Shown: positions 1 through 12,989 of the stretch, piece by piece
Numbering within the stretch: the stretch's first letter is position 1
How the letters are laid out: each line of letters begins with the position of its first letter
From: Vicugna vicugna
Lineage: Eukaryota
Direction of reading: 5' to 3'
Assembly (NCBI GenBank): GCA_013265495.1
Contig: MU057719.1
Coordinates: 312,001-376,000, forward strand
DNA length: 64,000 bases
Notes under the pieces: generated by a model
What the model saw: the letters and a program-made list of their open reading frames with translations, nothing else
Told to the model about the DNA's origin: nothing
Databases searched by the model: none
Made by a program: the position numbers and the translations under genes

Positions 1-621
1 CTGCCACCCAGGGCCCAGCTCCTGGCAGCAGAGCCACAGAGGTGGCGTCCACCCCGCCTGCCCCCCCTCAGCCGCACACATCCCTCCCCCAACTCCAAGC
101 TGCCCAAGGTGATAATGAAGTCATTTTTCTAAGGAATGTTCACCTGGAAGACAGCCCCGTCCGTGGGCCAGCTAATCGAGCTGGGAAGGCAGGCCCAGGG
201 GAGAGGCGGGGGCAGGGGTGGAGGGCAGGCGGGAAAGGAGGGGTGAGGCGAGCTGGGCGAGGATGGTTGGTGTGCTGTGAGCTGCAGTGCGTGGGGTGAT
301 TTATGTGGGAGCTCCTCCGAGCCAAGCGCTGCCTCTGCGCTGGCCGGATGCAGACACTGTGTTGGAAAGAGGTCTGGGGACAGACAAGGCCCCTCGGCAG
401 CCAAGCCCACCTGGCCTCCAGTGGGAGGACGTGGGATGGCCAGTGGTGCGAGCTCCAGCCGCGGCCTCCCGGGCACAGGAGATGCTCTGGCCGTGCACGC
501 CCAGCAGGGTCTCGCCCGCCAGCACCTCCTCTCCTCGCTGTGCACACTCACTGCTCACACACGTTTGTTCAGTCCCATTGTGGCTGGGAGCTGGCTGGGG
601 GCCCGGGGGACCCGGGTTCAC

Positions 622-678
622 ACTTGGGGTCCACGACTCACCTCCTGGCGCCTCAGTTTCCCCATCTGAGAAATGAGC
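622..678 (+). mobile_element. MIR SINE remnant
   Basis: Core-SINE motif gcctcagtttccccatctgagaaatg matches the MIR core (cctcagtttcctcatctgtaaaatg). Confidence 0.75.
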
Positions 679-1265
679 ATCCAAATGGGGCCCGGGCCGT
701 AGGTGTGTGTGTGAGCACCGAGGCCCTGGACGCGGCGCCCCATGGAAGAGAAGCCGGGCGGGAATGACCCAGAAGGTAGCTGACTCCTGGAGGCCAGGTC
801 GGGAGGGGGGGCCTCCGGGGACGGTGTTTACACCTTTCTGCTTTTCTGTGGCTTCCACGTTTGCTAAAATGGGTCTGTTGACTTTCAGGGGGGAAGCACG
901 GGCTGTGTGTGGCCTGGAGCCCGGCGGGCGGAGGCGGCGTGCAGGCAGCCGCAGCGGCTGGCGGGTGGGCCCGGCCTGGGCGGCGGCTCCGAGCACAGAG
1001 GGCGTCTGTGCGTAGGTCTGCGTGTGTCCTGACCCCGCAGCCCGCTGGCTCGGGTCCCTCTGTCGTGGAGAGTACGGGCCGTCCGTCAGGGCGATGGTAC
1101 CACCATTAATAGCGGCACCTCCGCGCCAGGCACACGCTGCCTCATCGCATCTTAAACCCGTGCTCCTCAGAGGGCACTGTCCCCACAGGGCCCAGGATAA
1201 CCATAAAGGGCCTGTTTTCCGTTCCTCCCATGGGATTCTCCCCCACACCCCGGGGGCAGGTGCAT

Positions 1266-1345
1266 AACCCCATTTCACAGGCCCAGAGAGGCTGAGTAAC
1301 TTCCGAAGTCACACAGCTCCAGGGGACAGAGCAGGGATTCAGCCC
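1266..1345 (-). mobile_element. MIR SINE remnant
   Basis: ccccatttcacaggcccagagaggctgagtaacttccgaagtcacacagct...gggattcagccc matches the reverse MIR core. Confidence 0.75.
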
Positions 1346-4300
1346 CAATGGGAGGCCTAGAGCCAGTCACTCAAACCCCAAGGGCGCCCGGAAGGTTTCC
1401 ATGAACCCGGGGTCACAGGGAGACCCAGCAGGGAGTCTGCACCCTGGCGGAGCGCTCAGCATGCCCCTCCTTCACAGAGCTGTTTGGGGCCGGGTGATGG
1501 ACACGGGGGCCCAAGCAGGATAGGTGCGGGGGGCTGCGGCGAGGTGGGGCAGGACTGGAGCTAGGGGAGCAGCAGGAGGGAGGGTCTGGCAAGGACCGCC
1601 GGGCCCCACCGAGCAGCAGAGGGAGCAAAATGGGAGGTTCCCTCCCCAGGGACGCCATCTGAGAGGTGCTGGAGGGCAGGCCCCTACCGCTGTGACCGTT
1701 GCGGGGGGACACCCAAGCTCAGGGAAGAGCTGAGGGAAGAGCCGTCCCACGGGGGAGCAGTGCCCCGCCAGCCACATGGACCGGACCGTCCAGGCTGTGC
1801 TGTCAGGGGTCCCAGAGCCCTGCACCTGTTTGTGAAAACTGCAGGTTTCTAGGCCCCCTTCCCCAACCAGGACCCACTGGCAAACTGGAGACGGGGCCTT
1901 GGAACCCAGGATGACTGAGGGCAGCGACTGGGCCAACCCCCCTGGACCTCGACTCAGGGCCTGGAGCCTTTGGGGCAGAGCATGGAGCTCCTTGGGGCCA
2001 GCCAGCTCCGAGTGCCCTGCAAGGGATGCTGGCCGGGTGGTGGGAGGGGTCAGCAGAGAACGGGTCTGAGCTGCCCTCCTCCAGGTGCTCTGTGGCACCC
2101 ACAGGCCAGGACGCCGGCAGATTTGGATTTCAGTTACTGAATTTTAATAATAACTTACAGCTGGGTTGGCCAGACCAGTCTTCGGCGCCAACTGCAATCA
2201 GTTGGTTTTGGCTGAACAGGGAGGGCTGGGAGCCAGGCTCAGCGGGAGAGGAGCCCTGCTCGATTAGTCATGTCTGCCATGGGTACAGGAGGGGGCCTGG
2301 CAGCGGATGCCTCGGTTTGCCAGGTCTGTCCCAGAGGTGAGGTTCCATCGTGGAGCGGCCTTCCACCTGCTGACACAGCCCAGGTGTGGGAAGCCGGTCT
2401 CCCTCTCCCTCTGACGCTGCCTTGCATGTCTCCCTTTCAGGGCATCTTCAGACTGTCCAAGGCTTCTGTAACAGGACCTGCTGCACGTCTGCCAGCACCT
2501 GTCCACCCATCCATCCGCCCAGCTGTCCATCTAGCTCGAGCTGAGGCCTGCGGGGGCAGCAGCGCAGGAGGGAGAGGGACGGCCTTCCAGACATGGCCTG
2601 CCTCCAGGCCCCCTCCCGTGCGGACACGAGGTGACCCAGTCCGGACTTGGCACCTCGAGGGCCTGTGGACCCCATGAGGGGTCTGTAAGATGGGCCTGGG
2701 GGAGGGGCGGCGACTGCGCTTCCTGGGGGACGAGGTAGCAGGTAGGAACAGGGAGGTGCGGGCACGCCTTCCAGGACAGACAAACAAGGGAAGTGGAGTG
2801 GACACCTGGGTGGAGGACGCAGGAACAGCGTATGTGCCGAAGGGGTCCCGGCAGGGCGTGCTGACCTCCAGTCGGACGGACCTGGGTCACACTCGGCCCC
2901 CTCCAAACACCTCCACGTGGTTGCTCGACCTCTCAGCCTCAGTTTCTGCGTCTTTGAGACGGGGATGCTGGTTCTTGCTGCAGTGAGGTCACGCGCTGGA
3001 CACAAAGGCAGCAGCCGGCTCGTCCACGGCAGGAGGCTGCGGCTCGGCGGCTGGGGCACCCTCCAGCTCCTCCTGGGAGGCACCCCGCCAGCCCCTGGTG
3101 CGTAAGAGATCGTGTCCGGGAAAGTGCCCGAGCCCTTGCAAGAGGGAAACAGCATGATGGGGAGGGAACAACAAGGCTCGTGCCACGATCACAGCAGCAC
3201 CGTTCACATGGCGGCAGCGGACCGGAGCCTCCCAGGTGCCGACAGCAGGGAGCAGGGAGGCCGGCGGCCCAAGGCCCCCGTGGGTTGTGGGCTCGGTGGG
3301 GCAGGGCGGAGGCGGGGAGTGGGCAGGACCCGGCGGTGCGCCGAGGGCACAAGCAGAGGGAGCCGGAGTGGGGGGAGTGGCCCGGAGTCTCGAGTGGCCC
3401 GGGTGCCCCCTCGGAGCAGGCAAGGGGCTTTGGAGTCACATCTGGGGCCGGTCGTTCCCAGTGGGACCAGTGCGGCCAGTGCCTCCACCTCCCTCACCTC
3501 CTGTGGGGCAGCAGCGTTTCTGCTGAACCAGCGGACGGGGGCCTGGCCCTCGCCTGGCTGCTGGGCATTCAAAAGGGCAGCTGCTGCCTGGTTGGGTAGT
3601 GGGGTCGCTGGCTGAGGGGCTTCTGTGGGCCCTGGAAGCGCAGGCTGCCTGGCGCCCGCCCAAGCCTCCCGCTCTGACACAGGCTGAGCCCCTGGGCGGG
3701 TGGGCAAGAGCCGTCTGCAGAGTTCTAGCACACAGACTCCCCTCCCCCAGCCCAGGCCCAAGCACGGTGCGGGGCCAGGGGCAGGGGTTCCCTCCGGAGG
3801 CAGGCTGCGGGCCAGGGCCGAGCACCAGGCCTCCCTCACTTGCCAGGGGAGGCTCTCAGGGCGTGGGCCCCAGGGGGAAGCAGGGGCCTTGGGTGGGGCA
3901 GGGCAGTCCGCGGGGTCCCGGCCTCTGTCCAGCGCAGAGTAATCAGAGGCCCCTGGGGACCCCTGAGGAGGGCCAGGCCCCCAGCCCCCTGCACTGCTGA
4001 GCCCGGGACCTCTAGAAGGTTGTTCACACTCAGAGAGAAACTCAACCAGGCCCAGACCCTCGTAGCAGACGGACGGCTGCCCCGGGCCCTTGAGGAAGTT
4101 CCGCAGCCACGTTCCCCACGCTCACCGGCCGCTGTAGACGCTTTCCTGGGCGTGGTGTCATTCAGGTCACAGTCTCCACCTTTGTACAGTTTTTGCAAGT
4201 AGGGGATAGGGCGAGCACTGGCAAACTCAGAATCCAACCCAGGCCTCCCGTGGGCACTCGCTTTCTTTCAGCAAAACCACGTCGCCCGCCCAGGGACCCC

Positions 4301-5959
4301 TGGACGTCAGTCCATGAGGGGAGGGACCCTCGGCCCGCCCCCCCTTCCGTGTCCCCGAGTCCGGCGCTTGGCCCGGCCCCAGCAGGGACACGGCACCCCA
4401 CCCGCCCGGGCCCTCGGTGTCCACAGCCCCGGCCACCCAGGCCTTCCCCTCCCTCCCCTGGCCTGGAGGGGTCCGGGCCCAGGCTCTGCGGCCCTGGGGC
4501 GTCTCCTCCGGAACCCACCGCGAGAGCGGAGCACGTCCAAACCCTGTGCTCAGTGAATTATAATTTTCCTTCATTTCCCCTTCGAAACACACTAATTAAA
4601 CGGACATTGTTGAGACAGCCCATTGAAATTCAAAAAAGGGTCCTCTTTCTACAGAAGACATCTATTACTTCAGAGGCAATTGTGCGCATTGTGTGAGCAG
4701 CGCGTGGCCGCACACACGTGCTCGCACGCGCGCACAGGCGGGTGCGGACGCCCGGCCCCACCTGCGGGCTGTGCCTTCCCGCCCAGAGCCAGGGCTGCGG
4801 GTCGAATTGTTTCTTTTTCCTGATGTTTGCCAAGGCAACTAGGACGCAAACAACCTCAGAACGTCCTTTCCTCCCGCAGCGGCGTGGCACCCGTGCCGGA
4901 GGAGTCGGGGAGGCTGCGCAGCGACCCTCACGAGATGCCACCCCACGCACCGGGGGCCCCTCCCCCCGGCTGGCTGCTCCCACGGAGGACGTCATCTCCC
5001 CCACAGCCCTGTCCCCCCTTCACCTGAGCCCGTGCAGAGGCTTCTGGACCCAGCCTGGGGACGGGGGAGGCCCTGGCCAGCCTGGCGAGACCCTGACCCC
5101 AGTCTCCAGGGTGACAGACCAGGGGCTTCATGACCGGACAGGAAACCTTCAGCCTTCCAAAACCCGGCAGGGGCGCTGGGCCTTCTGGTACCTGGGACCC
5201 ACCCGGGGGCATCACGTTCCTTTTTAAACATAATTCCTTGATGTCTTTAGTCTAAGTGTAGCCAGCTTACCGAAAGTGCACACAGGATGGGACTTCTCAC
5301 ACAGTGCTGCTCTGCACGACCCCCGCCCAGGGAGGACCGGACTTCACCACAGAAAGGGCCCCTCCCGTCGCCGCTCCCCGGGCCCAGGCCACCGCCGGCA
5401 CCAGTCTTGACTCCTAAGCCCTCGGCTCTCTCTTGCCTGCTTGACCTTCTGACAAGGGGCTCATCTGTGAGTTGGTGTCCGGCGGCTGTCACCAGCTCCC
5501 AGGGGAGACTTGCCACGCGTGCAGGTGTAGCTGGTCCGTCCTGCAGCCACATGTGGATTTACTCCCGTGCTGCCACGCAAGAGCGCCTGCGTCCTCTCCA
5601 GCTTGGGGCCAGCACGGGCAGGGCTGCGGTGGTCCCCACCCCCCGGCAGCAGGATGCGCGTGCCTGGAAGTGGAGCTGCCGGGTCGCTGGTCCGTGGATC
5701 CCGCAGCCGCGAGGACAGAAGCCTCAGGTGCGGCTTCAGCCCAGGGCTTCTCAGGGAGATGCACACGGCTTCTCGTGTGGGCTCTCCCTGCCCCTCCACC
5801 CCTGCGCCGAGTCCAGGTCTCTCTCTCCTGGGGTTCTGTTCTCCTGCCTGTGGTCCAGCCTCTGCAATCCGGTCTCCTGGCCGACATCAGAACTGTGCTT
5901 TCCAGTAGGCAAAGCTGGACCTGTCGCTGGCCCTGTCACTGGCCTGGCCACTCTCACTG

Positions 5960-6028
5960 CCTATTCACGCATCTCCCCGGCACCCAGCACAGGGCTGGGC
6001 ATGGAGCAGGTGCTCAGTAAACACCTGG
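5960..6028 (+). mobile_element. L2 3' end remnant
   Basis: cacccagcacagggctgggcatggagcaggtgctcagtaaacacctg is the typical L2 terminal motif. Confidence 0.7.
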
Positions 6029-7522
6029 GAGGGAGCGACAGCCCCAGCGCCGCCGGAGCACCCCAGCGGAACACCCAGCCCACGCAGCACGCTGGGGGCT
6101 CTCGGCGCATCTTGAGGATGCAGCTCTGCCCCGTCTCCTGGCTCGGCCTACAGCCTCTCCCTGACACCCTCTCTCACCCCGGAGCCTAGCCCTCCTCGGG
6201 GCCATTGCTCATGGTGAGGCCGCCGGGTCCTGGGCCGGGTGCAAACATGTTTAGTGCAAAGCCGTGTCTCCCACCCCTCGCCGTGAACCCCAGGGTGTGG
6301 GAGACAAAGTTGCTCAGCATTCGGGAAAGGCTTGCATTTGCAGTGTCCGCACAACACCCGACGTCCCTGAGTCCCTGGAGGGGTGGGGCTTAGCTACCCT
6401 GCACCAGGCCTGGCCACCATCCTGTCCAGAGTTCTCCACCGCCTCCTCTGGCCGGATGGTATCCTTGCAGAAGTGGCTCCCAGGGTCCCCACAGGTTCTC
6501 CAGCTGGGAAGGTGAGCACTGCAAACAAGGAGACTCGACCCCGGAGTCCAAGGTCAGGCCAGGATTCCCAGACTAGTGACTCAGGCTTCAAGGAAACACA
6601 GACCGCCCTTCCCGCGGGCTGTCCTTGCCCTCCCCAGTGCCCTCTGCCTGAAGATGGCGCTCTGCCCGCCAGCCCCACCTGCCCCAAGGGCCACGGCACC
6701 TTGATGCAGGTGGGGGCCGGGGTGCCTCCCTTCCCTCATCAGACCCTTCAGTGCTGGGAGGGCCAGGCCTGGACAGCGTCCCTGGGGAGGAGGAGTTCAG
6801 ATCCCCGTGCTGACAGTGTAACCAGCCCTGGGACGGTCATACTTCCACGACAGACACACGTAGCTTGGACCTCCGTGGGAATTGCCGCCGTACCCTCGTC
6901 ACTGAAACGAGGCTCTCGGCGGCCAAGCTGACCATCAGATTATTTGGCCAATGACGGACCACGGTGCAGTGTGGTCCGGGCCTCAGGCTCCATCCACTTG
7001 CTTGGTTCTGGATCTTGAGAGGAGGGGCTCTTCTATCCTGTCTGTTCCTTGGGAGGAGGAGGTGGGTGCATTGTGGTGGGGGGGCCACAGGGAGCTGATG
7101 AGGACCAGAGACCTTGAGGGCAGACCCCACACGGCCACTGTCCTGGGGCCTGGCTGCAGCTGACTCCTGGGGCCAGGAAGCCCAGAGGCTCCCGCGAAGG
7201 CTGGGCCAGGGAAGGTCCCCCCAGAGAGACCACGCCTTGCTCCTGGGGTTGAGAGGGACCTGGCCACCCTCTCAGCAACCCTCTGGGGTAAATGATGACC
7301 CAGGAAACATCGAGTGAGCACCTGCTGTGTGTGTGTCACCAGTGACAGAAATGCACGGGGCGTGCTGGGACTGGGAAGCACTGCGGGTGGCCAAATGCAG
7401 GGAGGGAAGGCTTCCTGGAGGAGGCCATGTAGCCAGACTGGTGGGGGTGGGCAGAAAGAGGCATTCCTGGCAGAGGAAGGCCAGGTACAGAGGCCAGGAG
7501 GCTGGAGCTGAAGCTGGAAACT

Positions 7523-7523
<1 letters not shown>

Positions 7524-7564
<41 letters not shown>

Positions 7565-7685
7565 ATGTGTGAGTGTGTGCATGTGTGAATGTGTGGATAT
7601 GACTACAATGAGGGTGAGAGTGTGTGAATGTGAGTGTGAACGTGAGTGTGCGAGGGTGTTGTGAATATGTGGTGAGGTGAGTGTG
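7524..7685. repeat. (TG)n microsatellite with a degenerate TG-rich tail
   Basis: Pure (tg)n at about 7525-7563, followed by imperfect gtgtga/gtgtg units. Confidence 0.95.
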
Positions 7686-8187
7686 GGAGCAGTCTGGTAT
7701 GCACGTGGCAGGTCACCAGGGCCTCGCGGGCCATGATAACGTGATAAGCAGTCGGGACTCAGTCCTCAGGGTACTGGGGAGCCACAGGGTATGGTAGGAT
7801 CAGATTGATGATTTAGGCTTGTCCCTCCAGCTGGTGGGTGGAGGCTGGACCAGAGGCCAGATGTGGCCAAGGTATGAGCTGGAGGCCACCAGTGTTGCAG
7901 GACAGAGGGGGTGGTCCTGACCCGGGCCGAAGCTCTGGGGTCCATCTGAAAGGTGTCTGGCAGATAAATGTGTGGGATCTTGGTGTCAGGCCACAAAATC
8001 TTCAAATCCAGAGATGGAACAAGAGAGATGAATGCAGCCCCCCAGCCCTGCTGTCCCCCAAGACCTGAGGCCTGAACCCAGCACCTGAGAGCTGCCAAGC
8101 CCCACATTTGCCTGACACTTCTCACCAGGACTGAAAGGTCACGTGGCACTTTACACTGTGGTTGGGCTCAGCTCTCTGTCTACCTCT

Positions 8188-8277
8188 GGCCAGCTGGGCA
8201 GCCTTGGGTGCATGACCCAACCTCTCTGAGCCTCAGCTTCTTCACTGGTGCCATTGGAAGATAATAATAGTACCTCC
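8188..8277 (+). mobile_element. MIR SINE remnant
   Basis: ccttgggtgcatgacccaacctctctgagcctcagcttcttc...ataataatagtacct matches MIR. Confidence 0.75.
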
Positions 8278-8278
8278 A

Positions 8279-8600
8279 TGTATTAGTCAGTTCTTGCTGC
8301 ATAACAAAGCACCCAGAATTGACATCGTTACTACAACCAACAGTGGTGTCCTTGCCTGTGCATCTGTGGGTCGAGGTGGCTCTGGTGGGCTGGGCTGGCT
8401 TGGCTGGGTTGGCCTCAGGCTGCAGGCTGTGATCCAATGGGCTCCCTGAACCAGCAGCCCCGGGGATGCTCCTGGAGTGGCAGACCCCAGAGCATGAGAG
8501 GGCAGACAGGCCAAGCATGCTGACAGTGCCTCACTCGTCTCCACCAGCTCATCATTAGGCCAAGCCAGGCCCACTGAGGCAGGAGGGCGGGGGCAGGACA
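8279..8600. mobile_element. MaLR LTR remnant (MLT1 family)
   Basis: Begins tgtattagtcagttcttgctgcataacaaagcaccc; contains ggctgggttggcctcaggctgcagg and cattaggccaagcc, all typical of old MLT1 LTRs. Confidence 0.7.
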
Positions 8601-8639
8601 CAGCCACTGAAGGACTGACATGGCTATTGGCACCAAGCA

Positions 8640-9187
8640 AGAAGGCAGAGAAGTCCATTCACAATAGACCTGGAGGCCCAAGGTGGTGGGAGACCCGACC
8701 TCCAGTGGACCTTGAGTTTCATTACACACATTGTAATGTCCTAGCGTGGTGAATGACACCCCCACAGGCACCATGACAGTGCTGGGGCTGACCATGAAGG
8801 TCAAAGGGAGGGTGGGGCCCATTCCTGGGAATCCCCACCCTTTCCCCAAAGTAGTTGGAATAACCGTCCCACTTATTGGCCTATAAAAACTAGCCACACC
8901 TGCCTCCTGGTCCCTCTGTCTGGCCTTTCCTGGAGTATATATCCGCCTTCACTTTAACCACCCCGCCCCCCACCCCCTCCCTGTGGCCTCTCAGGCCTCT
9001 GAGACGACCCACGCTCAGTCTATGGAGCATGTATCTCTCTGAATAAATCTACTTTTACTCAACTCTGGCTCATTCTTGAATTCTTTCCTTTGCAAAGCCA
9101 AGGACCCTCACTTGGCGGGGTGCGTCCCCAGGACCCGTCAGAGAACTGGAACACGGCCATCCTCTTGCACCCCATTTTCCTGTATCA
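8640..9187 (+). mobile_element. ERV1-class solo LTR, MER41-like (artiodactyl type); 5' end unclear
   Basis: TATAAAAA at 8882, AATAAA at 9042, then ttgaattctttcc..gcaaagccaaggaccctcacttggcgg, ending ccccattttcctgtatca (CA terminus at 9187). Confidence 0.75.
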
Positions 9188-10311
9188 CGATGGCCCAGCC
9201 CAGCAGCGGTGGGCAGGGATGTTCCTCCACTGGGAGGAGGCCTGGGAGGGGTCCTAATCCTATTAGAGGGTGTGAGGAGCCGGACTCCCCACCCAGGCCC
9301 CACCTGCACCCCGGGCGTGGGGAGGGGCACGCAGGCTGGGTAGCGCGCACACTGTGCTCTGGACACGGGAGCAGACCCGGCCCACCCTGTGCAGGAGGAC
9401 ATGGCCAGCTCCTCCACGTGCTGGAGGGGCCGGAAAGGGGTCTGATGCCCCCTGAGGTTCCCCCAACCTCAGCTCCCCATGCACGGGTCCCGAGACTCCA
9501 CCCTCCCGGCAGGAGTCCCCTTGATGTGGGCCACCTCTGGCCCCAGCAGGACCCGGCACTATGGAGGCTCTGCCGTCCAGGGATCGGCCGGCCCCCCAGC
9601 CCTGCCTACCTTTGCCTCTGAAGCTGCAGCCCTGGGCTCAAGCCAACCTCAGGGAGGAGGGTGTCCCTGCCTCACCGCCCCTGAGGGGGCCCCACAAACT
9701 TGGTCCCCAGTGCCCCGTCCCCTCAGTGCTCTAGAACTGCTGTGAATCCCAGCCCGGAGGAGACAGCCACGAAAAGAGAGGCTCGGAAATGCGCACTGAC
9801 CCTTCAGCCTGCCCCCGAATTGGGGTGGGGGGCAGGGGCGAGGCAGCTCTCGCGGGAGGAGGGGGTCCAGCCCCAGGTCAGAGGCTGAATCAGCTTCACC
9901 TTGACGCAGAAGACTCCCGGCTGGTGGCTATGCAGCTTCCCTTACACACCTCCAGAAACAGGCAGCTCACTCCTGCCTGGGCTGCGGTTAGAAAGCTCTT
10001 CCTTATTTGGCCCCAGCTGTGCTCTGGGGTCCCACCTCCGCCTCTGCAGGGCACAGCACGTGCAGAGTGCAGCGTGGCGCTGGGCAGCCCGCCCCACAGC
10101 ACAGACACCGTCGCCTGGCCCCTGGGGCTTCGAGGCGCTCGGACACTGCAGGGCCGCCTGGTTGTCGGCCGGGATTGCCACCTCCCCCGGCCCCCTTCCC
10201 CTCTGGGGCCCCGGCCACCAGCAGTAAGAGGGAAAATGGTTCAGAGGCCTGAAGATGAGTGGTGATACCCCGGCCACCTGCCTGGTGGTCCATCCAGTAT
10301 GCTCCCAGTGT

Positions 10312-10516
10312 AGGGGGAGGGGGAGGAGGGAAAGAGGGAGGGAAGGGGGGAGGAGAGAAGAAAAGAGAGGTGGGGGAGNNNNNNNNNNNNNNNNNNNNNN
10401 NNNNNNNNNNNNNNNNNNNNNNNNNNNNNNNNNNNNNNNNNNNNNNNNNNNNNNNNNNNNNNNNNNNGAGAGGGGGAGGGAGAGGAGGGGAGAGAGTGGA
10501 GGGGGAGGGGGAGGGA
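10312..10516. repeat. GA-rich polypurine low-complexity tract spanning an assembly gap
   Basis: Almost pure G/A sequence on both sides of the N run. Confidence 0.9.
10379..10467. other. Assembly gap (89 N)
   Basis: Run of N characters. Confidence 1.
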
Positions 10517-12139
10517 GCTGCCACCGCAGGCTTTGTTGTCCGTCTCAGCACCACTTAACCCAACTGTTAAAGAGATTCCGAGGCAATTAGGCTCAGGGGA
10601 AGCCATAAATCTCAATAACCATCAGCCCAAGTTTTCTCCCCTCCTTGAAACAACAGATATAATTTCACTGGTTGCGCCCAGACTCCCAGAGGGCTTTCTG
10701 ATAAAAAGCCACTTCTTCAAAACATCAAACCCAAGTTCCTCTCATCTTTCAAGCAACCAAGGGTCAGGTTTCCCTAGAGTGGACGGAGGCCTGGGGCGGG
10801 AGGCGGGCAGGCAGCGGCCCGTCCTCTGTGGTCCCGCCTGCCTTCCACAGCCGAGAGGTCAGTGCCGAGGCCGAGGGTTCCCAGATCATTCTGTGGCCTC
10901 CTTGAGTCTGCCGTGACACCTCTGAGAGCTGGTCCCCTGATCTCTGCTTGGTTGCCCCTGCTGGCGGGGTGCTCACTATGGCTCGCACTGGTCCACGTCA
11001 GGAGGGCTCTTCTGGAAGGAAGTGCTTCTGATGCTGCTTCACACCTGCCTCCCACACCACCCCACAGGTCCTGGCTCTGTCTGGGGGTGTACAGGATCCC
11101 CCCTGGTGGGATGGGGAGCCTGCAGGTGACTCCCAGAAGCTGAGACACACACGGAGAAGATGGAGGGGGGACCCTCAGGAGTGGGGTGAGCAGGGGAAGT
11201 ACTCACATTGCATCTCTGTGGTTTTACTCTGGGTAAGCTTTATCCTTAGACATTGGAAGGGCTTGGAGAAAGTTCTCGAGCAGCCAGCCCCCTGCAGACG
11301 CCACTGATTCCTCACAATAACAGAGGTGGGAAAGGGGGAGGGGGAGGGCAGGTTTCACTGTTCCCATTCTACAGAGCGGGAGACTGAGGCTACCAAGGGC
11401 CCCGCCTGGCCCCCTCCTCGCGGAGGCCTCCCCAACTTCCCCTCCCAAGAGTTGGAGGTGGGGCTACACCTGGGAACTCTGGGCTCCCCTCCAGGGAAGG
11501 TGGGGACGCGGCCTCCTGGGCTTGCCTTTTTCCCCTCTGCCAGACGGGGAGCCCCTTGAGGGCAGACACTGAGCTTGTGGGGGTTCTCACCTCCCCCTGA
11601 ACCCTTGGCTCCCACCTCAGAAGACCCCTCCATAAAACAGGGTTACTGTGGAGACCCGGTGAGGAGGCGAGAGGAGGAGTCACCAGCGGTCCGATCCCCT
11701 GGGGCTGGGAGCGGGGGTCAGTCACACTCTGCAGCCCTGCCACCTCCAGCGCCCGGATCCTGCACGTGGGCTCCTGAACAGGCAAACGCCACGTCCCCTT
11801 GAAGGCGGCCCAGGACACCCCGTGGTCACGTATCTGCTGCATTTCCACCCCTGAGCTCGCTCTGCATGGGTTTGTCTTATTTTCAAGACAGCGAGCACGG
11901 TCTTGCAGAGCGCAGGGCCGGCTGCACCGGGCTGGGCGGCCACTCCCACCTGCGGGCTGCAAGGAATGAAGCCAGTCCTCCTGCTCCTCCAAGGCCGGGG
12001 TCCCTCTCTCCCCGTCGCAGGGCCTGCGGTGTGGTCACTACAGGCCGGCAGAGCAGCAGGTGAGGGGCCTGCGGCTGCTCTCTCCACCCAGAGATGCGTG
12101 GCCCAGGCCCTCCCGACGGCCAGCCCTCCCACAACCACC

Positions 12140-12400
12140 CTCACCTCCAGCACAGAGCAGAGGCTCAGAGAGGCTCAGCTTCTACCTACGGTCACATAGC
12201 AGTATTCAGTCAAGGCAGGATTTGAACCCAGGTCTGCTTGGGTCTTGAGCCTGGATTTGAGGCTCCACCTGGGACAAGATTCCTTTAAGGAAGTGGAGGG
12301 AGCCTTGGGGACCCTCCCTTCACAGATGGGGAGGCTGAGGCCCAAGAGGGGACTTGCCCAAGCTCACACAGTGAGCCCCAGCCAGAGCTAAATTCCAGTC
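12140..12400 (-). mobile_element. Two adjacent MIR remnants
   Basis: gaggctcagagagg...ggtcacatagc...ggatttgaacccaggtctg (12160-12237) and ttcacagatggggaggctgaggcccaagaggggacttgcccaagctcacacag (12319-12371). Confidence 0.75.
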
Positions 12401-12989
12401 CGGAGCTTGACCCAGCCCCGTGGGCCACGCCGACAGCCCTCCTTGGGGCACATGTCGGGGGTCTCTGCCGAGGAGGACTGGCAGGTCTGGCTTTGGGGAA
12501 CCCCCTGCTCTGTCCCAGAAGTGCCCATCGAGACACTAGCAGGGTGCAGACAGCCTGACCCCCATGACGGTTCCAGGGCCATGCGCCGCCTGCCATGAGA
12601 ACCAGGGCCCCAGGAGGCAGGCGGGATGCCCTGGGCTCCCTGTGGTCCGGCATGAGCACGCGGACCTCTGTCATGGGTCCCGCCCCAGGGTGCCAGGGCC
12701 GCTCCAAGTAGCCCTTCTCCCTCCCTGGCTCACGGGCCCCTTGGGCACTCGGGCCAGCCCCTCCAGCCAGGGCGGAGCAGCAGAATCCAAAAGGAAGCCC
12801 TGTGGTCTCCGGTCAGCGCCCCCAGTTCCCTCCTCCCTCCCCTGGTTCCTTGAGCATTTGACACAGGACTCACTGGGCTCAGCAGGGCCTTGGAAAACGT
12901 GAACAGGTCCAGGCTCTGGGGACTCTGCTCCTCCCCGAGCGGCTTAAGTCTGTGTGGCGGGGCCTCGGCTGGGCCAAGAGCGACGTATG

